From: Candidatus Saccharimonadota bacterium
GTDB lineage: Bacteria > Patescibacteriota > Saccharimonadia > Saccharimonadales > UBA4665
Direction: 5' to 3'
Assembly (NCBI GenBank): GCA_963716945.1
Contig: OY970322.1
Span: 150,001-182,000, forward strand
Length of the DNA: 32,000 nucleotides
Below, piece by piece: positions 18,569-26,889 of this stretch. The notes below the pieces were generated by a model. That model was not told the DNA's origin. It did not search any database and saw only the letters and a list, made by a program, of their open reading frames with translations. The position numbers and the translations under genes are program-made. How positions within the stretch are numbered: position 1 is the first letter of the stretch; every line of letters starts with the position of its first letter.

Positions 18569-18604
18569 ATCAGATAGCCCTTCCGCCTATTTCTCGATAC
18601 CGGA

Positions 18605-19549
18605 TCATTGCAGCTCCCTCTGTAAGTGCGCTTGCGGCGCACTGCCCTGGCCTTTGGTAATGATATCGGCTGTCAGGTTGTTGAAATCCTTGAGCTGCTG
18701 CCGGGTGGCCGTATCCGGGTTATAGGTGTCGTAATACAGCTCGATCAGCTCCTGCGTGTCCAGCGGCAAGCCCTGTATGCTGCACTGCATCAAACCCGAC
18801 AGGACGGCCTGAACCCGGTTGCGCAACTCGGTTTTGGCATTTTCCAGGTCCGGCTCGTTGATAACGACATGCTGGTCTTTTTTGTTAAATAAACCGCCTA
18901 TGCCGCCCAGGAAATTCTTGCTTTGGGTCAGCGCCTTTTGCGTATCAACGACCGGGAAGAACGGGATCACGACGTAAAACTTCTTGTCCATGATGTTGGT
19001 CTGCTGACTAAGGTCGCCAATGTAGCCGATGTAGTCCTCCATAAGCAGTGCCAGCAGCATATTATCGTGCTCGGTGCGGATCTTATCGAGCTTGTTGATG
19101 TAGGGTGCCAGGTCGACTTTTTGCGAGCGCATGAAGATCTGGATCGGGAAATAAAGCGAGTTCAAAAACCCCTGGTAACTGTATTCGACCGCTTCTTGCT
19201 CCTGGCTGCTCATCAGGTCAAAGTTGATGCTCTTGACCATGACTACCGAACGGAACGACCCGTCGTTCATGATGACGATGCCGTCCCGAATTTCGGCAAT
19301 TTGCAAGGAGTTCTGAGTACTGTTGGGGTGCGGAGCCGGCTTGCCCGGCTTGTCGGCGCCCACCGTCGGCATGTTCAAGGGGGCCGGGGCGTTAGAGCCG
19401 TCAGGCGTGGTTACCGGCGCGATTGACTGCCCGGGTATCAGCGGTGACGGCAAAGGGGCGGCACTGACCGAGTCCGGCATGCCCACGGCCGGGGCGGCCG
19501 GCTGGTCGGGATTCGGCTGGTTTGGTGTCGTTTGTGTTGACGGATCCAT
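18605..19549 (-). CDS. Hypothetical protein; Pro-rich N-terminus followed by a VirB4 N-terminal-domain-like region with no ATPase motifs
   Basis: 314-aa ORF. aa 1-80 are P/A/S-rich. After that, IRDGIVIMNDGSFRSVVMVKSINFDLMSSQEQEAVEYSYQGFLNSLYFPIQIFMRS resembles the CagE/TrbE/VirB4 N-domain pattern. No Walker motifs are present. The resemblance was judged by eye only. Confidence 0.5.
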   Translation of the reverse strand: MDPSTQTTPNQPNPDQPAAPAVGMPDSVSAAPLPSPLIPGQSIAPVTTPDGSNAPAPLNMPTVGADKPGKPAPHPNSTQNSLQIAEIRDGIVIMNDGSFRSVVMVKSINFDLMSSQEQEAVEYSYQGFLNSLYFPIQIFMRSQKVDLAPYINKLDKIRTEHDNMLLALLMEDYIGYIGDLSQQTNIMDKKFYVVIPFFPVVDTQKALTQSKNFLGGIGGLFNKKDQHVVINEPDLENAKTELRNRVQAVLSGLMQCSIQGLPLDTQELIELYYDTYNPDTATRQQLKDFNNLTADIITKGQGSAPQAHLQRELQ

Positions 19550-19608
19550 GTACGTTCGTTTGCCCCACCTTTATCTGTGACTGAACATCACTTTTTGCAA
19601 ATAACGAA

Positions 19609-20769
19609 TCAGTGTAATGAAATCATCACCTCGTTGCGCGGCTGATTTTCATCACCCCTGTTTTTCTGGGCCTCGCGAGCCAAAGTTGCCACATTAAGAT
19701 CGTCGTTCTTGGCCAAAGATATTATAGCAGGGTCACTGGTCGCTGTCACCGCAGGGCCTTGGGTGCCGGCCGCCGTTGGGGGCTGGGCGCCATCGTCGGC
19801 CCGGGCCGTTGTCGCCGGGGCGGCAGACGGCTGTACCGACACCGGGCTACCCAGGGGTTGGAGCGTACGCAAATTGCCGAATGACACCTGCCGTGAACTG
19901 GCTTGGGCCGCCAACCGGGCCGCCAGCTCGGCTTCTTCCGGCGTCGAATCGGCCGCTGCCGGAACCGGCGGAGCTGCCTGAACCGGAACCGCCGCTACTA
20001 CTGGCGGCTGCACCGGCACCGCCATAGCCGGTCCGCCGGCCGCTGCCGGAACCGCAGCCTGGACGTTATTCATGAACCAGTTGTTGCCGGCTCCGCCGGT
20101 CTGCTTGGCCGCCTCGTCCCGCCGCACATCGTTAAGCTGGTCGATGAGTTGTTGTCGATGATTGCGGCTTGAACGGTCGATCATGGTGTTAAACTGCTGG
20201 GCAATCGGGTTGTTGGTTTCGTCCAGCATGTCATCGGCGGCCGGCATGTCGTCCGCCGGCACTTCTTGAGGAATACTGCCGATGTCGATTAGGCGGTCCG
20301 AGTCAGTATCGGCGACTACAGGTGCGTAGATGCCGTCGCCGACGTTCTTAGTTGCCCAGCCGCGGCTATCGATAGTATCGGCCAGTGCCCGTAACCGGCT
20401 CTTTACCTCGGTTTGGCTAAGCCCGTTTGTCAGCACCCGCTCGACTTTCTTAGGCACCGTAATAGTTACCAGCTCCTTGACGCCACTCTGGTTCCAGATC
20501 CGCCGCCGGGGCTTGAACCAAAACCGCAGCTTAGCCAGCGCCCAAGTTTCGGTCGGCTGGTCCCGCCCGAACGGAAAGGCAAAAAACGCGCAAAACAAAG
20601 CCGGCGGCAAAAACAGCACCAGCAAAAACGCCACATGCTTAGTTACCAGGATAAAACAGATGTAGAACAGAAATACGGCAACCAGTGCGAAGATAAACTG
20701 CCGCAGCGTCAGCGGCCCCAGGATTTTGTCCTCAGCCTCGATATCCTGAATCAGTTTGTATGTTGCCAC
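19609..20769 (-). CDS. PrgI/VirB3-like two-TM T4SS membrane protein with a long C-terminal extension
   Basis: 386-aa ORF with a GTG start. The N-terminus IQDIEAEDKILGPLTLRQFIFALVAVFLFYICFILV plus a second TM match the PrgI-family pattern of Gram-positive T4SSs. The C-terminal ~300 aa include an Ala/Pro/Val-rich tract. Confidence 0.65.
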   Translation of the reverse strand: MATYKLIQDIEAEDKILGPLTLRQFIFALVAVFLFYICFILVTKHVAFLLVLFLPPALFCAFFAFPFGRDQPTETWALAKLRFWFKPRRRIWNQSGVKELVTITVPKKVERVLTNGLSQTEVKSRLRALADTIDSRGWATKNVGDGIYAPVVADTDSDRLIDIGSIPQEVPADDMPAADDMLDETNNPIAQQFNTMIDRSSRNHRQQLIDQLNDVRRDEAAKQTGGAGNNWFMNNVQAAVPAAAGGPAMAVPVQPPVVAAVPVQAAPPVPAAADSTPEEAELAARLAAQASSRQVSFGNLRTLQPLGSPVSVQPSAAPATTARADDGAQPPTAAGTQGPAVTATSDPAIISLAKNDDLNVATLAREAQKNRGDENQPRNEVMISLH

Positions 20770-20815
20770 AATACCTTAAGTATAACAAACCGCTACCGGA
20801 AGCGGCCAGGTATTG

Positions 20816-22576
20816 CTAGCCTATCGAACGTGCCCGCTGGAACCGCCGGCCTATGGCGTTGAAGTCCCGCTTGCCCAGCCTGTGTCCCGGCGTGCCTGAG
20901 GTAACGGTTTGCAGGATGTCCACGACTTCGTTCTTAACGAAGGCCGGCAAATGTAAGGCGTTCAAGGCGTTCCAATCAAGACTGTAAATATCGGGCACCT
21001 CATTAACGGTGTCATTACCCTTTTTGTCATGGCCCAGGATTTTTTCGGCAGGCTTCGTAACTACCAGCACCGTGTCGGCGACCCGGCGGCCGATCAGGTC
21101 GTCAATGACCATACGCTGGACGCGGCGGGCCTCCTCGGGGTCTTGGTCAAAGGGGTCGCCGACTTTGACCCCAAAGTCGTCGTGCTTCTGGAACTCATCT
21201 TCCAATTCCCGGGGATGCTTAGATAAGTAACGCTGTTCCATCAGCTGCCAAAGCATCGTGCCCAAGCTGGAGTCTTCTGCGTTTTGCTCAAGGCCGAAAT
21301 CTTTCAGCGCCTCGGTGTATTCGTAAGTCATGCGGCTGGCCATGTCGATCACGGCGTTTTTGCCCAGCTCGGCGACCGTTTGTTGCAGGAGCCGCACGTA
21401 TTTTTCCAGGAACTGCTCGCCCTGCGTTCTGATCCGGTCGGCCACTACCAGCCTGTCCCTATAAATATCGTCAAAATGGAAAATGTCCTCGTAGGACAGG
21501 AGAGCAATAGCCTGCTCATCCGGCAGCCACCGCTCATTGGGGTCGCCTTCCCGGCTGCTATCCGGTCCTTCAATCCAGTCTTCGCGGCCCGTCATCACGA
21601 AACTGGTACTTATCCGGCCGATACTTGAGATAACCGACGGCTGGGGGCCTTTTTCGGGGATTTCGGCCTTTAAATCACTCAGCGATTCGCCCATGTTGTT
21701 GAGGTGCTTCTTCAAGCCGTCGTCTTTGTAAACCCGCTGGTGGGTAGCGTCGCCGGCCGCGTTGTAAGTCTTGACCACGAAGGTCCGCACCGGGTACTTG
21801 TGGCCTTCAGGGCCTTCCATCAACAGAGTGTCTTCAGTCACGCGCTGGAGGTCGCCGTTGACCCTCCAGCTGACACCTGTCAAGCCCAGGCCCAGGCGCT
21901 CCTGGTGTTCGATGACGGTGTCGAAAACCTTCTTGTCGGGATTGGTTAACTTAATGTCGCGTACCTCGCGGCTGGCGCCGCGGCCCGGCCGTTCGCCCGG
22001 CTCCTGCCAACCGAATCCGGTGAACCATTCGAAAGGCGTGAATTCGTCGCTCGGGTGGTCAAGCCAGTCTGCCAGCTCGCCGTCATTGTAGCCGATTATG
22101 TCAGCCGGCTCGCCGTCGGGGCTCGTTACTTTGACGGTCCAGCGTTTTCCGGTGCCGTGGTTGAGAACGATTTTCTTTTTCTCGGCCCGGCCGATGTAGG
22201 GGCCGCCCCTCAAGGTGCTTCTGGCCCGGGGCCGCCACATGCCGGTCGGCTTGGCTTCTTTGGTAGTTACGGCGTAGGCGTCATAATCCGAGAATTCATA
22301 AACCTGGCCATTGCGGTCGCGCAGCCAGAAGCCCCTGAGGTCGGGACGGCCGGCGGCTTCGCCCATTTCCGTTACCTGTTCGGAAATCAGTCTTAGGGGG
22401 TCGAACTCCCTGCGCATCGTTGAAAGAACGATCTCGGTACCTGGCCCGGCCGCGGCGTGCGGCAAAGTGTGCACCTCCGTCGTAGGCGGTAAGTGGGCGG
22501 GTATGATTTCAGTCGTCGGCTCACCTGCCGGAGGCGGTTGTCGTACTAGTTCGGTCGAGGTTTCGGGTGATGCCAT
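20816..22576 (-). CDS. Hypothetical soluble protein (no recognisable domain)
   Basis: 586-aa ORF with no TM segments or signal peptide. It is the dominant frame across the interval. It is preceded by a consensus promoter and embedded in the T4SS-like operon. Confidence 0.6.
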   Translation of the reverse strand: MASPETSTELVRQPPPAGEPTTEIIPAHLPPTTEVHTLPHAAAGPGTEIVLSTMRREFDPLRLISEQVTEMGEAAGRPDLRGFWLRDRNGQVYEFSDYDAYAVTTKEAKPTGMWRPRARSTLRGGPYIGRAEKKKIVLNHGTGKRWTVKVTSPDGEPADIIGYNDGELADWLDHPSDEFTPFEWFTGFGWQEPGERPGRGASREVRDIKLTNPDKKVFDTVIEHQERLGLGLTGVSWRVNGDLQRVTEDTLLMEGPEGHKYPVRTFVVKTYNAAGDATHQRVYKDDGLKKHLNNMGESLSDLKAEIPEKGPQPSVISSIGRISTSFVMTGREDWIEGPDSSREGDPNERWLPDEQAIALLSYEDIFHFDDIYRDRLVVADRIRTQGEQFLEKYVRLLQQTVAELGKNAVIDMASRMTYEYTEALKDFGLEQNAEDSSLGTMLWQLMEQRYLSKHPRELEDEFQKHDDFGVKVGDPFDQDPEEARRVQRMVIDDLIGRRVADTVLVVTKPAEKILGHDKKGNDTVNEVPDIYSLDWNALNALHLPAFVKNEVVDILQTVTSGTPGHRLGKRDFNAIGRRFQRARSIG

Positions 22577-22613
22577 GACGAAAGGTGTTTATTTAAGTTT
22601 TTAATCAATATAG

Positions 22614-22642
22614 ATTATAGCTGATAATTCCAATATTGTCAA
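22614..22642 (-). promoter_or_regulatory. Consensus sigma70-type promoter (TTGACA-N17-TATAAT) upstream of the 586-aa ORF
   Basis: The minus strand reads ggtagTTGACAatattggaattatcagcTATAATctat. The -35 is at 22642-22637 and the -10 at 22619-22614. It lies in a 113-nt AT-rich gap, about 38 nt upstream of the ATG at 22576. Confidence 0.6.
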
Positions 22643-22689
22643 CTACCTAGTTTGATAGGTATGGTACGGAGATTATAAAATGGAGGCAA

Positions 22690-25600
22690 TTACTGATGGT
22701 GGGCGGCGTCTTCTTGGGCTTTCCTGGCTTGTTCGGCCGCGTCCTGCTGTTGTTTGGCTTGCTCTCTCGGGTCGTAGCTTCTCGGTTCCGGCAGCGGGAC
22801 GCCTTCTTTGCGAAGCTCTTCGGCCATGTCGCTCCACTCGGCCTTGGCGCCGGTGTCGTTGTAGCCGTAGGGGCCAGCCTGGTTGACGATAAGGTCTTGC
22901 ATGGTCCGGGCCTCCGCCGTGTAGTTGCCCTGGGCGTCTTTCTCTCTGGCGATAGCCATGTTGGTCAGGCGGGCCGATTGGACGGCTTCGGCCTTGGCGC
23001 CGGTCCAGTCGGATGCCTTGATGCTCATGGCGTTGGACTTGGCAGCAGCCGACTCCGGCCTGTCGAAGACGGAGTAGAAACTGCCCTTCTTGCCGGTGGC
23101 TTTGCCGGTCATGTCGACCATGACGCCATGACCCCACCTGGTCTCAGGCCTTAGACGGGCGCCGGCATCGGAAGCTTTCTTGACGACGCTCTGGGCGTAA
23201 GAGTGGCCGCCGCCTTTGCCCTTGCGCGCGGCGATGGAGTTGCCGATCTCGGCCAGGTCGTTGGTTTCGGCGCGTCCGGCATTAGCTAAGCCGAGCGCAC
23301 CCATTGTCTGAATATCGGCTCGGAAGAGCTCGGGGTTGTTGCTGATATTGGCCAAAGTACCACGGGCGGTGTGGAGGCCGGCTGCCGCCAGCTGCTCCTT
23401 TTCCTTGTCGCTGCTTGCTAGGATCTCAGTAATTTTGTCAATGTCCTTGAGTGACCTAGGAGCTCTTGCAACGCCTGTTTCTTTGTCAATAAAGCCTTCG
23501 TTTATAAGTGCTTGCTGGGTGTCCTGGCTGAAACCACGATACGAACCTGACAATGCACGCCAAGCTTCGTAGTGCATGCCGCCCTTGGACTCGATTTCCT
23601 GCCAGCCCTTGGTGCTGTGGTCGATCATGGCGTCGTCGATCTTGTTCTCTATGCCGGCCGCGAAGCGCTTGAAGCCGGGCGTGCCCTTTTGGCCGAGTTT
23701 GCCGGGCACCATTTCATCGGCATCGAAGGCCCATTCGGCCATTCGGCTGCCGATCCTGCCGATACTCCGGCCCTTATTGCCGAAGCGGCCGAATTCGGGG
23801 TTCCACAAGTAGCCGGCCCGGGCGCGCTGGATACGGCCGGCTGTGTGTTCTTTGCGCTTCTTGCTCAAGAAGCCGTAGCCGCCTTGGGCGCGGCTATTGA
23901 CCAGGTTGGCCATGCCGCTTAAGGCGCCGCCGGCAAACCGGAAAGTCATCGGAATCATTAAATAAGGCGCGAAGTAAGCTATAAAACCGATTATCTGGCT
24001 CAAGATATCGCTGCTCTGGTTGACGGCGATAGCCGAAAATACCCGCCCGGCGGCGATGAAACCGGCGATTAGCGGGAACATCAATAGGGCCTTGCTGAGG
24101 GATTCCCACCAGAGCTTGAAGACCCTCTGGGTATTGGGGTTAGGCAATATGTAGGCGGCCAAACCGATAGGCGCCAGGATGATCAGCATGATAATGGCTA
24201 TCTGCCGCAAAATCAGGGTTGCGAAACCGACCAGTACCGCCAGGGCGGCCATGCCGACAAAAGTCAGTAAACCGAATACGCCCATAGCAACGCCCACGAT
24301 GGTGGGGATTAAGACCGCGCCGCTTTGCGCCAAACTGAGATGGATGCTGGTATTGATGCCGACGAAGGGCTGCTCGATCAGGTATCTTATGCCGAAGCCC
24401 AAGTCATTCGTCAGTGTCACGAAGAAATCCATCAGCTGCCAAGACAAAGCGATGCCGATGGTCGCTATCAACAGCCTCGGCAACACCTTGCGAATCGTAT
24501 AGGCGTCCAATATTTCAAGGCCGAGGGCCTGGGCTATCAAGACTAGCAAAGTAGCCATGGCTATCAGGCCGAGCGCGATGTCGCGGAAGTGCGACCAAGC
24601 CGTTTTATAGGCGTCACATTGGCCGCCCGTGCCGCAAGAACCGTTGCTATCGGCAAATATTTGATTGGGGTCATCCGAATTGCCGTTGGTACCTACGGAA
24701 AGCTGGCTGTTAATTGCGTCGTCAAGGGCGCTGACTATGCCGACCAGGCCTTTGACGATACCGCAGATCAGCCAGTTCAACGGGTTAAGACCGGCATGGC
24801 AACTTAATGACAGGTCCTGGCTGGGGTTGCTGGCCGCGCCGGCCCCGCCGACGGGGCTGCTGCCCGGCGCCTCGTCGCTGGCCAGTTTACCGTCGGCACC
24901 TTTCGGATCGCCTATCTGGATAGGGATGCTGCCACTCTGATAACAGCCCTGCCCGTCGCTGCTAAGTGTCGCGCCGGTAATATTGGATGGGAAACCGGTC
25001 GATAGAGGATTGTCGCTGGAGCTGTTTTTGATAACCAGGGTTCCGTCCGCCGGCCAGCCCGAGGCTCCCGTAATCTGGCTTTGGCAGGTACTGTTGTAGC
25101 TTCTGCCGCTGGTGGCGAGGTAAGGGTCGCTGCCCGGGCTGCTCTGCGTGAAGACTATAGCCGTTTGGTCCGAAGTGCTGATGGTGCCGCTGTCCTGCCA
25201 GGTAAAGTAATAGTTAAAGCCTGCCGGGTCGGAATCGGGACTCAAGGTTATCGGGTCGTCGGTTTCAATACAATTATTATTGCCCCCGCCGGGAATGCTG
25301 AAGAGATGGATGGTGGCCGTCGCCGTGGCGTTCTGATAGTTGGAGCCGTCCGAGTTGGGGAAACCGTTAATGTAGTTCTTGGATGTGCAGCTGTCGCTTG
25401 CGTTCTGGATTTTGAAGTTCAGGTCATTGTCTTCTTTGTTATCGTAGTAGGTATCGCTGCCGACAGTGATGTGGCTGTGGTCGACCCACTGGCCGGTCTG
25501 TTTGGGCTGAGGGTTGTTGATGGTTATGGCGCCGTAGCGCGTCACGCCCAAAAGGCCGCCGCAATCGGCTTCGATAGTCGCCGCCGAAGAGCCGTCTTTG

Positions 25601-25893
25601 TGGTCATCGGTATAGATATATAGTTCCGGACAACCGTTGCCGTCCGGCCCTAGCGAGCCGTTGCCGTTGAAGTAAACGCCGGTGGGATACTTCTTGGTGT
25701 CGACGCCTTTCTTGGTGTAGGTCAGGGTGCTGCTGGTATCGGCCGGGTCGGGGCCGATGACCGCCTGGTTGCCGTCGGTGTAGCGGTACGTGCCGTTTAC
25801 GGCTGCGGTTTTTGCCGGCCAAAAAGAGGACAATAAGACTATTGCCAAAGGCAAGGCCGCCAACCAGAGTTTCTTGTCGCTCATATGTTTCAT
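22690..25893 (-). CDS. VirB6/TrbL-like polytopic channel protein with large N-terminal ectodomain and C-terminal extension
   Basis: 1067-aa ORF. It has a signal peptide (LPLAIVLLSSFWPAKTAA/V) and a ~400-aa Cys-containing secreted region. At least 5 TM helices lie at about aa 437-655 (LIAMATLLVLIAQALG, LLIATIGIALSWQLMDFFV, AIIMLIILAPIGLAAYIL, and others), as in TrbL/VirB6. A ~400-aa hydrophilic C-terminus follows. Confidence 0.7.
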   Translation of the reverse strand: MKHMSDKKLWLAALPLAIVLLSSFWPAKTAAVNGTYRYTDGNQAVIGPDPADTSSTLTYTKKGVDTKKYPTGVYFNGNGSLGPDGNGCPELYIYTDDHKDGSSAATIEADCGGLLGVTRYGAITINNPQPKQTGQWVDHSHITVGSDTYYDNKEDNDLNFKIQNASDSCTSKNYINGFPNSDGSNYQNATATATIHLFSIPGGGNNNCIETDDPITLSPDSDPAGFNYYFTWQDSGTISTSDQTAIVFTQSSPGSDPYLATSGRSYNSTCQSQITGASGWPADGTLVIKNSSSDNPLSTGFPSNITGATLSSDGQGCYQSGSIPIQIGDPKGADGKLASDEAPGSSPVGGAGAASNPSQDLSLSCHAGLNPLNWLICGIVKGLVGIVSALDDAINSQLSVGTNGNSDDPNQIFADSNGSCGTGGQCDAYKTAWSHFRDIALGLIAMATLLVLIAQALGLEILDAYTIRKVLPRLLIATIGIALSWQLMDFFVTLTNDLGFGIRYLIEQPFVGINTSIHLSLAQSGAVLIPTIVGVAMGVFGLLTFVGMAALAVLVGFATLILRQIAIIMLIILAPIGLAAYILPNPNTQRVFKLWWESLSKALLMFPLIAGFIAAGRVFSAIAVNQSSDILSQIIGFIAYFAPYLMIPMTFRFAGGALSGMANLVNSRAQGGYGFLSKKRKEHTAGRIQRARAGYLWNPEFGRFGNKGRSIGRIGSRMAEWAFDADEMVPGKLGQKGTPGFKRFAAGIENKIDDAMIDHSTKGWQEIESKGGMHYEAWRALSGSYRGFSQDTQQALINEGFIDKETGVARAPRSLKDIDKITEILASSDKEKEQLAAAGLHTARGTLANISNNPELFRADIQTMGALGLANAGRAETNDLAEIGNSIAARKGKGGGHSYAQSVVKKASDAGARLRPETRWGHGVMVDMTGKATGKKGSFYSVFDRPESAAAKSNAMSIKASDWTGAKAEAVQSARLTNMAIAREKDAQGNYTAEARTMQDLIVNQAGPYGYNDTGAKAEWSDMAEELRKEGVPLPEPRSYDPREQAKQQQDAAEQARKAQEDAAHHQ

Positions 25894-26043
25894 AATCTAG
25901 CAGGCAGGAGCTCTATGGGTTTTTGTTTGCCACCGGGAACGTTTTTGTAGTCAGGCATAATGCGCTTGAAGTTACATTGTTCTAAATATAGCACATAAAA
26001 AGGATTAGCGTTATCAAGGGGCGGCTTCTTCTCTAGCCGACAC

Positions 26044-26072
26044 TTGTCAATGGGTAGCTTAAGCTCTATAGT
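26044..26072 (+). promoter_or_regulatory. Putative promoter of the pilin-like gene array
   Basis: TTGTCA (26044-26049)-N17-TATAGT (26067-26072) sits in the divergent intergenic region. The -10 ends only 9 nt before the ATG at 26082. Confidence 0.4.
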
Positions 26073-26081
26073 TATATAAAA

Positions 26082-26882
26082 ATGAACATTACAACACACA
26101 AAGCCAAAAAAATAATCAGGAAAGTCAGCGGTCCGCTGGCCGGTTTCCTGGCTGCCGTGTTCATCTTGGCGCCATCGGTAGCCCTGGCCGCATCGCAGGT
26201 GTATGGCATAGCCTGCGCCAACAGTGACGTCAAGGTCAGCACCCACTCCGCGGCCTGTGCCGATAAGTCGGCAACCCTCAGGCTGTATGAGATCGGCAAC
26301 AAAAACCCTGAGAAACCCTACCCCTCCGGCTACGGCATAACGGTAGTAACGGTTGATTGCGGCAGCAGCAGTCCGACTACCCCCCTGCTGAACGGCCCCG
26401 TCAAGTTTAGTTGCAAGAAATCATCAATCAAGCCGACGCTCAAAGGCGCCACGATCATCCAGCATGCCGGCTCGGTCAGTCCCAGCGGCAGCCTTGGCGG
26501 CCAAGTCACCTGTGACCCGACGACCGATGCTACCTGCCCGGTTTGCCAGAGCAGCAATCCGCCGTCCGGCTGTGTCGACTGCAGCAACGGCACCTGTTCG
26601 GACCCGGCGGCCAACCCGGACGTTTCCTGCAGCGATAACGGCTGTGATTTGATATCCAAGTATCTTGACCCGTTTATTAACCTGTTCTCGGTGACCTTCG
26701 GTTTTATAGCCGTAGCCTCTATTATTATGGGGGGTATTCAATACGCGTCCTCGACCGGCGATCCGCAAAAGGTGACGGCGGCCAAACAACGTATTACCAA
26801 TACCCTGATCGCCTTAGTGGCTTATTTCTTCCTTTACGGCTTCCTGCAGTTCTTGATACCGGGAGGCGCATTTAACAGATGA
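26082..26882 (+). CDS. T4SS pilin-like protein 1 (VirB2/TrbC-like C-terminal module fused to a Cys-rich ectodomain)
   Basis: 266-aa ORF with a signal peptide (ILAPSVALA/AS). A ~190-aa region carries many Cys (...TCDPTTDATCPVCQSSNPPSGCVDCSNGTCSDPAANPDVSCSDNGCD). The C-terminus is helix-loop-helix: FGFIAVASIIMGGIQYASSTGDPQKVTAAKQRITNTLIALVAYFFLYGF. Confidence 0.7.
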   Translation: MNITTHKAKKIIRKVSGPLAGFLAAVFILAPSVALAASQVYGIACANSDVKVSTHSAACADKSATLRLYEIGNKNPEKPYPSGYGITVVTVDCGSSSPTTPLLNGPVKFSCKKSSIKPTLKGATIIQHAGSVSPSGSLGGQVTCDPTTDATCPVCQSSNPPSGCVDCSNGTCSDPAANPDVSCSDNGCDLISKYLDPFINLFSVTFGFIAVASIIMGGIQYASSTGDPQKVTAAKQRITNTLIALVAYFFLYGFLQFLIPGGAFNR

Positions 26883-26889
26883 GAAACCA

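Noticed and set aside
264-18577. Many long antisense or alternate-frame ORFs. Examples: 264-740 (-), 1523-2152 (-), 3766-4395 (+), 4257-5162 (+), 8758-9273 (-), 12292-13068 (+), 15068-15685 (+), 16269-17147 (+), 16679-17545 (+), 18047-18577 (+)
   Set aside because: These are shadow ORFs typical of GC-rich DNA. Each lies entirely within a longer ORF that has clear family motifs. Their translations are Arg/Gly/Pro/Ala-rich low-complexity sequences with no recognisable domains.
20771-20813. Small hairpin CCGCT-n6-AGCGG (20790-20805), followed on the minus strand by TTTGTTATA and flanked by ATACCT/AGGTAT inverted repeats. It could be a terminator or attenuator after the 586-aa gene.
   Set aside because: The stem is only 5 bp and the U-tract is interrupted. 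That is too weak to call an intrinsic terminator from sequence alone.
22100-22160. GTGKR string in the 586-aa orphan as a possible Walker A motif
   Set aside because: It does not fit GxxxxGK[ST], and there is no Walker B or other NTPase signature downstream.
25890-26302. Minus-strand ORFs of 118 aa and 76 aa in the divergent intergenic region and the start of pilin gene 1
   Set aside because: They overlap the promoter region and the well-supported signal-peptide-encoding start of the 266-aa gene. They have no Shine-Dalgarno or domain support.
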